Shown here: positions 8,182-18,147 of the stretch, in pieces
How the letters are laid out: each line of letters starts with the position of its first letter
Numbering within the stretch: position 1 is the stretch's first letter
NCBI GenBank assembly: GCA_044450345.1
Contig: JBIOIY010000001.1
Location: forward strand, 32,001-96,000
Direction of reading: 5' to 3'
DNA from: Thermodesulfovibrionales bacterium
GTDB taxonomy: Bacteria > Nitrospirota > Thermodesulfovibrionia > Thermodesulfovibrionales > UBA6898
DNA: 64,000 bases
Made by a program: the position numbers and the translations under genes
Notes under the pieces: model-generated
Database searches by the model: none
The model's input: only the letters and a program-made list of their open reading frames with translations
What the model was told of the DNA's origin: nothing

Positions 8182-11100
8182 TTAGGCTACTGCCTCTGCA
8201 CCAATTTTTTCACTAAGCTCTTCCAACGCCCCGTACACGGCCTCATAGATCTTCTCCCATTCCACACCCTTGAGATCGAGTTCAAACCCGTCAGGGAGGA
8301 ATTTGACAGGTCTCTTCTTCTTGTTGTGGAGATCGAAGACATTCGCAAGCTGTACAGGCGTATCAGGGGAAAAGACAACACGCACCCTCCCCCTTGCCTC
8401 CTGGATCTTTGTGATCGAAAGCGCCTTCGCGAGTATTTTTACGCGCATGATCTTGAGTAGGTTTATCACCTCTTCAGGGGGTTTCCCGAACCTGTCTCTG
8501 AGTTCACCCTCGAAATCGAAAACCTCGTTCTCCGACTTTAGAGCAGCTATCCTCCGATAAAAGCTGAGCCTTAACGTCACGTCTTCGATATACTCGTCGG
8601 GAATAAAGGCCGCAGTCTTCAACTCTATCACAGCTTCAGGCTCATCCTTAATCTCCATGCCCTTCAACTCCGCGACGGCCTTTTCGAGCATCTCGATATA
8701 AAGGTCGAAGCCTATCTCATTGATGTGCCCTGACTGTTCCCCCCCGAAGATCTCTCCTGCGCCTCTTATCTCAAGGTCCTTCAGTGCAAGCCTGAACCCT
8801 GCTCCCAGGTAGCTCATCTCCTGCACAGCCTGGAGCCTCTTTCTCGCCTCCTCGGTAAGCACCGGCTCGGGCGGAGCGAGAAAATAGGCGTACCCTTTGA
8901 CACTCGACCTTCCCACCCTTCCCCTCAGCTGATAAAGGTCTGCCAGCCCCATCTTGTCGGCCATGTGTATGATGATCGTATTCGCCCTCGGGATATCGAG
9001 GCCGGAACCGATGATCGCGGTTGAGACGAGGACATTGACGTCTCCCGCAAAGAACCTGTGCATCATCTCCTCCAGTTCCTTCTCAGGCATCTGACCGTGT
9101 GCGACACCGATCACGGCCTGAGGGACAAGTTCCTGAATTCGCCGGGATATCTTGTGGATGTCCCATATCCTGTTATGCACGAAGAAGACCTGCCCGGACC
9201 TCTGCAGCTCGGAGGTTATCACTTCTTTCACGAGCTTGTCATTGAAGACCGTGACGATGCTCTTTACCGAAAGCCTCTCTTCCGGGGGCGTCTCTATGAC
9301 GCTGATGTTCCTGATCCCCGAGAGGGCCATATGCAGCGTCCGCGGGATCGGAGTTGCCGTAAGCGTCATGACGTCGATATTCTTGCTCATCTCTTTTATC
9401 TTTTCCTTCTGGCCGACGCCGAACCTGTGCTCCTCGTCTATTATCAGGAGTCCGAGCCTGCTGAACTCGACCTTCTTCGAAAGGAGGCCATGCGTGCCTA
9501 TCACTATATCTATCTCACCCTTCGCGATGCCCCTCAATGTCAGATCGATCTCCTTCCTCGATTTAAACCTGCTCATGAAATCAATCGTGACCGGAAAGCC
9601 GGAGAACCGTTCCTTGAAGGTCCTGTAGTGCTGCTCTGCAAGGATCGTAGTGGGGACAAGGACGGCCACCTGCCTGTTGTCGTAAACCGCCTTAAATGCC
9701 GCGCGCATCGCAACCTCGGTCTTTCCATAGCCTACGTCGCCGCAGAGGAGCCTGTCCATGGGGAGATCGGATTCCATGTCCTTTTTGAGATCTTCTATCG
9801 CCTTAAGCTGGTCCGGCGTCTCCTCATAGGCGAAGAAACTGTCGAACTCTCTGTGAAGATCAGTGCCGGGACTGAATGTAAAACCCCTCGCCACCCTCCT
9901 GTCTGCATAAAGCGCAAGGAGCTTAGCCGCCATCTCCTGGACTTTCTTCCTGACACGCTCTTTCTTTTTCTGCCAGGTCTTGCCGCCGAGCCTGTCAATT
10001 TTTGGAAGAACTCCCTCTTCAGAGCGGTACTTTGATATTATCTGGATCGACTGGACCGGGATATAGAGGCGGCCGTCTTCGTACTCGATGAGCATGAGTT
10101 CAAGCTCAATGTCCTCCCTCGTCTGCCTGACAACCCCGGAAAACCGCCCGACGCCGTGGTCCCTGTGTACGACAAAATCGCCCGGGGTTATATCGTCGAG
10201 CGAGAGGAGAAGGTTCGCCACCTTCGATTTTCTTATCGATCTGAACGCCGGCCTCTCGCCGAAAATCTCCTTTTCGGTAAGAATAAGCAGCCCTTTCAAG
10301 AATATTCCGGACGACAACCCGCCTACTACTATAGCGATGGTGCCCTTGTAATCCCGGACCTCGCCTATTCCGACTACCGGTACTATCATCTCCTGCTCCC
10401 TGAACAGGTCTCTGATCCGCTCGGACTGTCCTGAAGAGGAAGCCACGATAATAACCTGGTTGCTCCCGGAAAGACCTTTTATAGTCTTTGGCAGATCTTC
10501 CAGACTTTTTCTTTCATCAGGGAGGAAACCGTGCCCCTTTACTGAAAGAACACCCGCATCGATCTGTGGGATAGAAATTGAATCGTCCTCCCCGTCATCA
10601 TCAGAGTAGGGTCCGCCTGCGTTAAAGGAGTACCGGGACAGATAGACCGTGTCATCAGGCAACCCATCTTCCGAAGAGGCGGGATAGAGACAAAAGAACT
10701 TCTTCCCCGCCGCCACGTCGGTCAAATACCTTGCCTCGTCAGGGTCTTTCGCAGGGAATAAGAGGAATGTGTCGATATCCGTCGTCGACCTCTGGGTCTC
10801 TGTATCGAAAAACCTGATCTGCTCTATCTCATCTCCGAAGAACTCGATCCTGATCGGGTCCTCGGTAGTTGAGGGAAAGATATCGAAAATCCACTCCCTC
10901 CTGCTGTACTCGCCCTTGTCAGCCGCCATCGCGGCCCTCACGTAACCCAATCTGACAAGGGCCTCCTCGAAATCCGACCTCTCCCCTATCGCCCCTTTCT
11001 TCAGGTCCAGTATGTTTTCCAAAAGGGAATCGTTGTCATGCAATGTCGAGGTGAGGTTCGCAGAGGACGTCACCAGGGAATCCCGGTCCTCCAATTTATA

Positions 11101-11367
11101 TAACAGCTCGGCCCTGGCCCCTGCCGCCTCCGGCCCCCCCGGATCCGACAGAATGAGTAAAGGCCCACCCGACCCCAGTAGATCCCGGTAAAAATGCATG
11201 TCTTTTTTCAGGATGCGGGCCCCGTCTTCCTCCTTTTCTACGGCGACAAAGGGTTTCTCCTGAAGCGCGAGTAAAAGAGCCGACGACGATCCCGTCAGAT
11301 TATAGATACGGCATGCATCCGGAAAAGATGAAGGGACACCCTTTTTTATGAGGGAAAGAAGTTCCAA
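8182..11367 (-). CDS. mfd: Transcription-repair coupling factor
   Basis: RID domain (VVHRDHGVGRF), helicase motifs GDVGYGKT, DEEHRFG, TATPIPRT and QLRGRVGR, TRG motif DLEIRGAG, C-terminal TRCF domain. Confidence 0.96.
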   Translation of the reverse strand: MELLSLIKKGVPSSFPDACRIYNLTGSSSALLLALQEKPFVAVEKEEDGARILKKDMHFYRDLLGSGGPLLILSDPGGPEAAGARAELLYKLEDRDSLVTSSANLTSTLHDNDSLLENILDLKKGAIGERSDFEEALVRLGYVRAAMAADKGEYSRREWIFDIFPSTTEDPIRIEFFGDEIEQIRFFDTETQRSTTDIDTFLLFPAKDPDEARYLTDVAAGKKFFCLYPASSEDGLPDDTVYLSRYSFNAGGPYSDDDGEDDSISIPQIDAGVLSVKGHGFLPDERKSLEDLPKTIKGLSGSNQVIIVASSSGQSERIRDLFREQEMIVPVVGIGEVRDYKGTIAIVVGGLSSGIFLKGLLILTEKEIFGERPAFRSIRKSKVANLLLSLDDITPGDFVVHRDHGVGRFSGVVRQTREDIELELMLIEYEDGRLYIPVQSIQIISKYRSEEGVLPKIDRLGGKTWQKKKERVRKKVQEMAAKLLALYADRRVARGFTFSPGTDLHREFDSFFAYEETPDQLKAIEDLKKDMESDLPMDRLLCGDVGYGKTEVAMRAAFKAVYDNRQVAVLVPTTILAEQHYRTFKERFSGFPVTIDFMSRFKSRKEIDLTLRGIAKGEIDIVIGTHGLLSKKVEFSRLGLLIIDEEHRFGVGQKEKIKEMSKNIDVMTLTATPIPRTLHMALSGIRNISVIETPPEERLSVKSIVTVFNDKLVKEVITSELQRSGQVFFVHNRIWDIHKISRRIQELVPQAVIGVAHGQMPEKELEEMMHRFFAGDVNVLVSTAIIGSGLDIPRANTIIIHMADKMGLADLYQLRGRVGRSSVKGYAYFLAPPEPVLTEEARKRLQAVQEMSYLGAGFRLALKDLEIRGAGEIFGGEQSGHINEIGFDLYIEMLEKAVAELKGMEIKDEPEAVIELKTAAFIPDEYIEDVTLRLSFYRRIAALKSENEVFDFEGELRDRFGKPPEEVINLLKIMRVKILAKALSITKIQEARGRVRVVFSPDTPVQLANVFDLHNKKKRPVKFLPDGFELDLKGVEWEKIYEAVYGALEELSEKIGAEAVA

Positions 11368-11369
11368 CC

Positions 11370-11831
11370 TTAAAGATTTGCTTTGATAATTTTTTTTATG
11401 ATTCCTGTGGTAGATATGCCCTTTACATAGGGAAGGCTGTATGTTTCCCCGGCGACATCAGACCCTACGATCTCTTCCTTCTTCCAGTCTCCGCCCTTTA
11501 CCAGAACATCGGGTTTCAAAGACTTGATCAGCCCATGGGGGGTCTTCTCATCGAAGATCGTAACATAGTCGACCATGCATAAGGAGGCCAGGACCTCCGC
11601 GCGGTCTTTTTCGGAATTAATCGGTCTTCCCGGCTTTATGAGCGAAACCGACCTGTCGGAATTGAGGCCCACGACGAGCACGTCGCCCAGTTTCCTTGCC
11701 TGCCTCAAATATCTCACATGACCTTTATGTAGTATGTCGAAGCATCCGTTTGTAAAGACTATCTTCCTTCCCTGTCCTGCCAGCCGGCCGCAAATCTTTT
11801 TGAGTTCACTTCTGTCGACAATTTTTTTCAT
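11370..11831 (-). CDS. rfaE2: D-glycero-beta-D-manno-heptose 1-phosphate adenylyltransferase
   Basis: [22 protein letters not shown] and STT motifs. Confidence 0.92.
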   Translation of the reverse strand: MKKIVDRSELKKICGRLAGQGRKIVFTNGCFDILHKGHVRYLRQARKLGDVLVVGLNSDRSVSLIKPGRPINSEKDRAEVLASLCMVDYVTIFDEKTPHGLIKSLKPDVLVKGGDWKKEEIVGSDVAGETYSLPYVKGISTTGIIKKIIKANL

Positions 11832-12277
11832 TTACCGGCATCCATCTCCTGCAATCGCGCCCTCGCCTTCTCGAGGATCGTCCTGTCGCCGCTGAAACTG
11901 ATCTTCTGAAAAGCAGTTTCAAAAGAAAACCACTCGGCCTCATCCACCTCGAAATCATGCTGGGAGGTATTGCCGCTTTCGTATTCCATAAGGTAAAAAT
12001 GCACCGTCTTCCTGCACTTCGTGTTTTCTCCGCGTATGTAATACCAGTAAGTGATCTCTCCCAGTTTATCGATGATCCTGCCCCAAAGCCCCGATTCCTC
12101 TCTCACTTCCCGAACGGCCGTGACCTCCGGCGTCTCCCCCTTGTCGATGATCCCCTTAGGGAGGCACCAGTATTTCCCGCCCTTCACCGAGACAAGCACC
12201 ACTTCCAAACCGCCCGGGGCTTTTCTGAATATGACCCCTCCGGAGGAAGTCTGACGTTTCAAAGAAGCGGGCTTCAT
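11828..12277 (-). CDS. NUDIX hydrolase (Ap4A hydrolase-like)
   Basis: Nudix box [22 protein letters not shown]. Confidence 0.88.
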   Translation of the reverse strand: MKPASLKRQTSSGGVIFRKAPGGLEVVLVSVKGGKYWCLPKGIIDKGETPEVTAVREVREESGLWGRIIDKLGEITYWYYIRGENTKCRKTVHFYLMEYESGNTSQHDFEVDEAEWFSFETAFQKISFSGDRTILEKARARLQEMDAGK

Positions 12278-12304
12278 TTCCTATCGGTCCATCATATCAG
12301 CGGC

Positions 12305-12706
12305 TTACGCATAATCCTTCAACGACTCAATTATATCACTTCTTATCCTCTTCGGCTTCATGCTCCGGTCCACGCAGGCGATCTTCACGGTCCCCTCTAC
12401 AAGGGGCTCGCCTGTTCCTTCCCTTAAGACTCTATGGCCGAATGATATAGACGCCGCCCCGATCTTGTCCACCGACGTCTCGACAGAGAACGTATCGCCA
12501 TATCTTCCGGGCGACAGATATTTGAGACATGCATCCACGACAACAAAAAAGACGCCGTCGTCCATAAGTTTCTTCAGGTTCATGCCCCGTGATTCAAACA
12601 GCCCGGTCCTCGCCCGCTCGAAATATTTCAGGTAATTCGCATAATAGACGACGCCCCCGCAGTCGGTATCCTCGTAATAGATCTTTACCTCCAGGAGATG
12701 TTTCAT
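12305..12706 (-). CDS. ybgC: YbgC/FadM-family acyl-CoA thioesterase
   Basis: YYEDTDCGGVVYYANYLKYFERAR signature. Confidence 0.88.
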   Translation of the reverse strand: MKHLLEVKIYYEDTDCGGVVYYANYLKYFERARTGLFESRGMNLKKLMDDGVFFVVVDACLKYLSPGRYGDTFSVETSVDKIGAASISFGHRVLREGTGEPLVEGTVKIACVDRSMKPKRIRSDIIESLKDYA

Positions 12707-13788
12707 TACGGGAGCATCTTGCCGGTCACCAGCCGCAGGATATCATTGTACAGGGCAAAAACCATGAGGGCGACAAGTAAGGCAAGTCCCACCCGCTGTG
12801 CCATGATAATGGCCTTCTCGCTGAGCGGCTTTCCCCTCACCCACTCTATGCCCATAAACATAAGATGGCCTCCGTCCAGCATAGGTATGGGAAGGATGTT
12901 CATGACCCCGAGATTGATGCTGATCACCGCCATAAAGGTAAAATAGTTCATCGCTCCCTGGGCAGCCTGCTTGCCTGCCATGTCGAATATCATTATCGGT
13001 CCCCCGATCGTATCCGCAGGGATAATGTGCTGCAGCAGCTTAACGATAAATACTATCGTGAGGGCCGAAAGTTCCCATGTCTTCGCCACTGCAAGTTTCA
13101 GGGCGCCGGGAAAAAACTCCTGTTTTACGCCGGTCTTGCCGGAAGGCGTTATGCCTATCAGGCCTACTTCCCGGTTCTGCCCGAATATGTCCTTTATGAC
13201 CTTCTTCTCAGGGGTGATAAGGATATCGAAGGAGGACTGGCCCCTCTTGATCTTCATTCTAAGCCCTTTCCCCGGACTTTCATGGATCATCGATGTCATG
13301 TCTTCCCACCTCTTTAAGGAGACGCCGTTTATCTCCACTATATCGTCCCCCTTTGTCAGCCCGGCCCTGAAAGCCGGGGAGTCGGCGGTCACCTCACCGA
13401 CCTGAGGCAGCAGATAGGGGACCCCGCCCAGAAAGACCAGAAAAAAGACAACGGCGGCGAAGATGAGGTTAAAGATCGGCCCTGCAAGGACGATTATAAA
13501 CCTTTTCCATACAGGCTGGAAATTAAAGGCCCGGTGTTTTTCCGCCTCAGGTATCTCCTCTTCTTCCTTGGGAATATCCTCCTGTCCGAGCATCTTCACA
13601 TAGCCGCCGAGGGGGACTGCGGATATCACATATTCGGTCTCGCCATAGGTCTTTCCCACAACCGTCGGCCCAAAACCCAGCGAGAACTTGAGCACCTTCA
13701 CGCCGAGCATCTTCGCAAAGATGAAGTGCCCGAGCTCGTGCACGAATATGAGGATCCCGAGGAGGACCAGCGCGTAAATCATCGTCAT
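12706..13788 (-). CDS. rseP: RIP metalloprotease RseP
   Basis: HELGH zinc motif, PLGGYV, a PDZ domain and NILPIPMLDGG. Confidence 0.95.
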   Translation of the reverse strand: MTMIYALVLLGILIFVHELGHFIFAKMLGVKVLKFSLGFGPTVVGKTYGETEYVISAVPLGGYVKMLGQEDIPKEEEEIPEAEKHRAFNFQPVWKRFIIVLAGPIFNLIFAAVVFFLVFLGGVPYLLPQVGEVTADSPAFRAGLTKGDDIVEINGVSLKRWEDMTSMIHESPGKGLRMKIKRGQSSFDILITPEKKVIKDIFGQNREVGLIGITPSGKTGVKQEFFPGALKLAVAKTWELSALTIVFIVKLLQHIIPADTIGGPIMIFDMAGKQAAQGAMNYFTFMAVISINLGVMNILPIPMLDGGHLMFMGIEWVRGKPLSEKAIIMAQRVGLALLVALMVFALYNDILRLVTGKMLP

Positions 13789-14939
13789 CTTCCTGACTCC
13801 TTAATATATATTTCAGCTTTCTCCCGCGACCATCTGTCTGCATCCATAATATCTTCGAGGCTCGAAACAGCTCTCGCCTTATGACTGTCGACGGTCTTCC
13901 TGATCACCGAAGATATCTTGTTGAACCCTATCCTGCCGTCCAAAAATGCGTTGACCGCCTCTTCGTTCGAGGCGTTCAGCACGCAGGGCATTGTCCCGCC
14001 TGCCCTTATCGCGTCATATGCATAGGACAGGCAGGGAAAAGTCTCGCTGTCGGGCATCCTGAACGTCAGGGTCCCGATCATATCGAGTTCGAGCGGGGGA
14101 ATCGGGTCAGCGATCCTGTCCGGATAGGAGAGCGCGTAGGATATCGGCCCTTTCATATCAGGCATCGACATCTGCGCAAGACAGCTCCTGTCTATGAATT
14201 CGACCAGTGAATGCACTATGCTCTGCGGATGTATAAGGACACTCACCTTCTCGGGCGGCATGTCAAAAAGCCAGCAGGCCTCTATCACCTCGAGCCCTTT
14301 ATTCATGAGTGTGGCGGAATCGATCGAAATTTTTTTTCCCATACTCCAGTTGGGGTGTTTGAGCGCGTCTTTCACAGTAATGTCTTCCAGTTCTTTTTTC
14401 TTTCTCCCGACAAAGGGCCCGCCCGAGGCAGTAAGGATTATCCTTCTGATACCCGTCCGCTTATGCCCCTCGATGCACTGAAAAACCGCGCTGTGCTCGC
14501 TATCGACCGGGATGATCCTGACACCCCTCTTTCTCGCCTCGGCCATCACGATCTCCCCCGCCATGACAAGGGCCTCTTTGTTTGCGAGGCCGACCGTCTT
14601 TCCCGCCCTTATAGCAGCCATCGTAGGCATCAGGCCGGCTGAACCGACGATCGACGAGATCACAAAATCGGACTGCTCATAGGAAGCGACACTGTTGACA
14701 CCCTCCGCCCCGGTTAGGACACTCACCCCGTTGACCCTTTTGCTCAAGGCCAGCGCCGTCCCCTCGTCCGCAACAGCCACGACCTCCGGACTAAAGGTCT
14801 TTATCTGGCTCTCGAGAAGGTCTATGTTTCTGCCGGCCGCAAGGGCGACGACCTTCAAACTCTGCCTGTTGTTGGCAACTACCTCGAGCGTGCTCCGTCC
14901 TATAGAGCCGGTCGAACCGAGTATCGTCAATCTTTTCAT
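13785..14939 (-). CDS. dxr: 1-deoxy-D-xylulose-5-phosphate reductoisomerase
   Basis: LGSTGSIG, LANKE, PVDSEH, TASGGPF, HPNW and NKGLEVIEA. Confidence 0.97.
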   Translation of the reverse strand: MKRLTILGSTGSIGRSTLEVVANNRQSLKVVALAAGRNIDLLESQIKTFSPEVVAVADEGTALALSKRVNGVSVLTGAEGVNSVASYEQSDFVISSIVGSAGLMPTMAAIRAGKTVGLANKEALVMAGEIVMAEARKRGVRIIPVDSEHSAVFQCIEGHKRTGIRRIILTASGGPFVGRKKKELEDITVKDALKHPNWSMGKKISIDSATLMNKGLEVIEACWLFDMPPEKVSVLIHPQSIVHSLVEFIDRSCLAQMSMPDMKGPISYALSYPDRIADPIPPLELDMIGTLTFRMPDSETFPCLSYAYDAIRAGGTMPCVLNASNEEAVNAFLDGRIGFNKISSVIRKTVDSHKARAVSSLEDIMDADRWSREKAEIYIKESGR

Positions 14940-14987
14940 GTCATTAATTATACTAAAACGTTCCCTTCTGTTTTCTTTTATTCCGGC

Positions 14988-15779
14988 CTAACCGATAAGG
15001 CCGAGGCCGGCACAGAGCCAATAGAAAACCGGTCCTGCGAATGTCACACTGTCGAGTTTGTCGAGGATGCCGCCGTGACCCGGCAGGATATTGCTCGAAT
15101 CCTTCACCCCGGCGTCACGCTTGAACATAGACTCAACGAGGTCCCCTGCGATGCATGCCAGCCCTATGGCTAAACCAAGGAGTACCGCTTGATAAAGCGA
15201 TATCTGACGCATCATGACCGACCTGACAAAAAGGGCACCTGCCGCCCCCCCGACTACCGAGCCCACTGCGCCCGCGACCGTTTTGTTCGGGCTGACCTCC
15301 GGGTAGAGTTTTCTCTTGCCGAGACCTTTTCCGACATAATAGGCCATGCTGTCCGAGACCCAGACAGATATATAGAGCAGGACTATCCAGACAGGTCCTG
15401 CCTTTGCAAGACTGAGCTGGAACGTGAGAAGTCCCGGTATGTATAAAAGACCGAGGATGACCGCAGAAATTTCAGAAAGCGACCGCGCGGGGTCCCGTTT
15501 TAGAAAAAGTCTTATACCCATAACCGCCATCGCACAGAGAAGCAGCACATCGATAAAGAAATGCCGAGCGCCGAAAAAGACCGCAAGCATCGCAGCCCCG
15601 CTGACCACACCCGCATACCTGAGCGCGGGATGGAGACGGAACATGCGGTAAAATTCGATGAGTGCCGCTGAAGAAACAAGCACGAGAAGAAAGAGCAGGT
15701 ACTCGACCGGCAGGTACATGATATAGAGATAAAAAACGGGGACGAGTATACACGCGACGACCAGCCGTTTACGATGCAT
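14988..15779 (-). CDS. cdsA: Phosphatidate cytidylyltransferase
   Basis: SPNKT and GDLVESMFKRDAGVKDSSNILPGHGGILD. Confidence 0.95.
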   Translation of the reverse strand: MHRKRLVVACILVPVFYLYIMYLPVEYLLFLLVLVSSAALIEFYRMFRLHPALRYAGVVSGAAMLAVFFGARHFFIDVLLLCAMAVMGIRLFLKRDPARSLSEISAVILGLLYIPGLLTFQLSLAKAGPVWIVLLYISVWVSDSMAYYVGKGLGKRKLYPEVSPNKTVAGAVGSVVGGAAGALFVRSVMMRQISLYQAVLLGLAIGLACIAGDLVESMFKRDAGVKDSSNILPGHGGILDKLDSVTFAGPVFYWLCAGLGLIG

Positions 15780-16488
15780 TCGACCTCACGGGAATGGCCC
15801 CAAAGCGGCGTTCCCTCCCCTGAAAGTCCTGTATGGCAAGCATCATCTCCGCCCTGTCGAAATCAGGCCAGAGCGTGTCGGTAAAGTAAAGTTCCGCATA
15901 CGCGCTTTGCCAGAGGAGGAAATTGGACAGTCTCCTTTCCCCGCTCGTTCTTATGATAAGGTCAGGAGGAGGCAGACCTTCCGTGTCCAGATACCGTGAA
16001 AATGTATCTTCCGTAAGTTCCCCGACATCGCAGCCCGAGGCAGCGACCCTTTTCATTGCCCTCACGATCTCGTTCCTTCCGCTGTAACTGAGGGCGGTCA
16101 CAAGGGTCATACCTTTGTTCGCAGCCGTCCTCTCTTCAGTCTCCTGAACGAGGGCACGTATGTTTTCCGGAAGTCTCCATATCTCGCCGATCACTTTAAA
16201 CACGATACCACGCTTCATGAGTATTGATAATTCTTTCTTGAGATAGATCTCCAGCAGCCTCATCAGCATCGACACCTCGGACGGCGGACGCTGCCAGTTT
16301 TCGGTCGAAAAGGCATAGAGGGTAAGACATTTGATCCCGATCTCGGCTGAAAGCTCTATGATCTCCTTTGCGCGTTCAGCCCCGACCCTGTGGCCCTCCG
16401 CTCTCGGAAGGCCCCTCAACTGTGCCCACCTCCCGTTTCCGTCCATGATTACTCCGACATGTGACGGTATATTTCCCGACAGACTCAC
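15769..16488 (-). CDS. uppS: Undecaprenyl diphosphate synthase
   Basis: IMDGNGRWA, FSTENW and RTSGERRLSNFLLWQ. Confidence 0.97.
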   Translation of the reverse strand: MSLSGNIPSHVGVIMDGNGRWAQLRGLPRAEGHRVGAERAKEIIELSAEIGIKCLTLYAFSTENWQRPPSEVSMLMRLLEIYLKKELSILMKRGIVFKVIGEIWRLPENIRALVQETEERTAANKGMTLVTALSYSGRNEIVRAMKRVAASGCDVGELTEDTFSRYLDTEGLPPPDLIIRTSGERRLSNFLLWQSAYAELYFTDTLWPDFDRAEMMLAIQDFQGRERRFGAIPVRSNAS

Positions 16489-16494
16489 TCTCTT

Positions 16495-18147
16495 CTACCT
16501 CCCTTTCACGGAATAGATATATAATACAACTCCGAGCGGGTTTTCGCCCTTTAGAATATTGCCGAACTTAACCCCCATGAAGGGGCTTGCAAGGACCATG
16601 ATCTGATCTCCCGCCAGCGTGTAGTCCTGAATGCTTCCACTCACTCCCTCTATGAGGACCCCCTCTTCCATCGAAAAACCGTTCCACCAGTAGTTCCTTA
16701 TCTCGGACTTCTTATAACCGAAGCCCTTCGCCATCTCAGCCAGCGGCACCCTCTTCACCGCAAGGACCTCCCTGCGCGTCTGCACCAGCCTGTCTTTCAC
16801 CGACCACACCTTTTCGGGGGCATAGGTAGTCGGCGACTGTTTCTTGAACGTAGTTATGAATCCGCCGTTAGGTGAACTGCTCCTCCATAGCTTTGTCCCC
16901 TTGTCATCATACAGGTTCAGGTAGCCGTCGTCGTCATAGGCCAAGAGGACCTTTTCCTTCGACTCGCCTTCGATAGGCACGAAATCGTAGATATTGACCC
17001 CCTTTGGCGTTTTTATCTTGTCTCCCTTGGTAAACGCTCCGTCCCACTTGACATAAAAAATGTCTCCCGAAAAACCGTCCGAATATGCCTGCGCGATAAG
17101 TCCGTCTCCCAACCTGCGGAGGAAATAATTGCCTTCCCATAATTTCTTGAAGACGGAACCTTCCAGCCCATAGACATACGATACGACTGAATCATTCCGC
17201 ATCGAGGTCACGATAATTTCGTCCTTTCCGTCCTTGTTGAGGTCCATCGTGTCGAGATAGAGATGGTCGTCTTTACCGGAGCCCTTTACCTCACCCATGA
17301 CCTTGAGTTCCGCCCCCGGGAGGTATATCCTGATGTCCCTGCCTGTGCTGAGAAGTACCTCTTGTTTCCCGTCCCCGTAAATATCGCCGGCGGCGATGAG
17401 CCTGGCCCCGAAGGGAAGGTCGAACGTCGTCACCGCTGCACCTGCATGCGGGGCAAAGAACTCTTCGCCGAACCTCAGTTCCTTCGCATAACCGGCGTCG
17501 ACAGTCGTACCGTTATCGATGAACTTCACGCCGTCTGCGACCCAGTAAAGTCTTACTCTCATCTGCGTGGTCTTGTCGGTTTCTTTCCCGCTAACCATCA
17601 TCGCCACTTCGGCCCCGGCTTTTTTCGCTTCAGCCAGGACCTTTGTTTCGTCGTCCGTATCGAGCGCCGTATCAACCATCTCCACCCTGCCGGTCGATTT
17701 CAGTTTCCTGTAAAAATCATCCGCGAGGTACCAGTCTATGCTCTTGTCCTGATAGAAAAAGAGCCTCATCTTGGTCTCGGAGAGTCTGACGCTGTCACCC
17801 TCCCTCGCTTCCCCATCTACTATACTTCCTGATGACGACCCGGCCTGCACGTCCTTTATCTCGATCTTGCCGACCGTCGATTCGACATTTCCGAGAAGTT
17901 CTTTTGTCACCGGATGCAGAAACGGGGCACCCTCCCGCAACACCCTCAGCCTCATGCCCGGCTTGAGGCCTTCTTTTTCGCCGATGGAAACAAAGACCTT
18001 GCCGCCCTCCAGACGCACGACCTTCCCCGACTGGGGTTTGAAATAGGCCATCGTATCGTCTTTCAGTTTGGTAATAGGGTCTTGCTCTGTCCCGTACGCC
18101 GTAGCCGCAATAAGAAAAGATATCAGGACGACCAGAATACGCTTCAT
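16495..18147 (-). CDS. Exported FG-GAP/VCBS-repeat protein with an N-terminal FlgT-C-like domain
   Basis: Signal peptide MKRILVVLISFLIAATAYG (ATG 18147 overlaps the upstream stop); GDIYGDGKQE and DLNKDGKDE repeats. Confidence 0.7.
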   Translation of the reverse strand: MKRILVVLISFLIAATAYGTEQDPITKLKDDTMAYFKPQSGKVVRLEGGKVFVSIGEKEGLKPGMRLRVLREGAPFLHPVTKELLGNVESTVGKIEIKDVQAGSSSGSIVDGEAREGDSVRLSETKMRLFFYQDKSIDWYLADDFYRKLKSTGRVEMVDTALDTDDETKVLAEAKKAGAEVAMMVSGKETDKTTQMRVRLYWVADGVKFIDNGTTVDAGYAKELRFGEEFFAPHAGAAVTTFDLPFGARLIAAGDIYGDGKQEVLLSTGRDIRIYLPGAELKVMGEVKGSGKDDHLYLDTMDLNKDGKDEIIVTSMRNDSVVSYVYGLEGSVFKKLWEGNYFLRRLGDGLIAQAYSDGFSGDIFYVKWDGAFTKGDKIKTPKGVNIYDFVPIEGESKEKVLLAYDDDGYLNLYDDKGTKLWRSSSPNGGFITTFKKQSPTTYAPEKVWSVKDRLVQTRREVLAVKRVPLAEMAKGFGYKKSEIRNYWWNGFSMEEGVLIEGVSGSIQDYTLAGDQIMVLASPFMGVKFGNILKGENPLGVVLYIYSVKGR

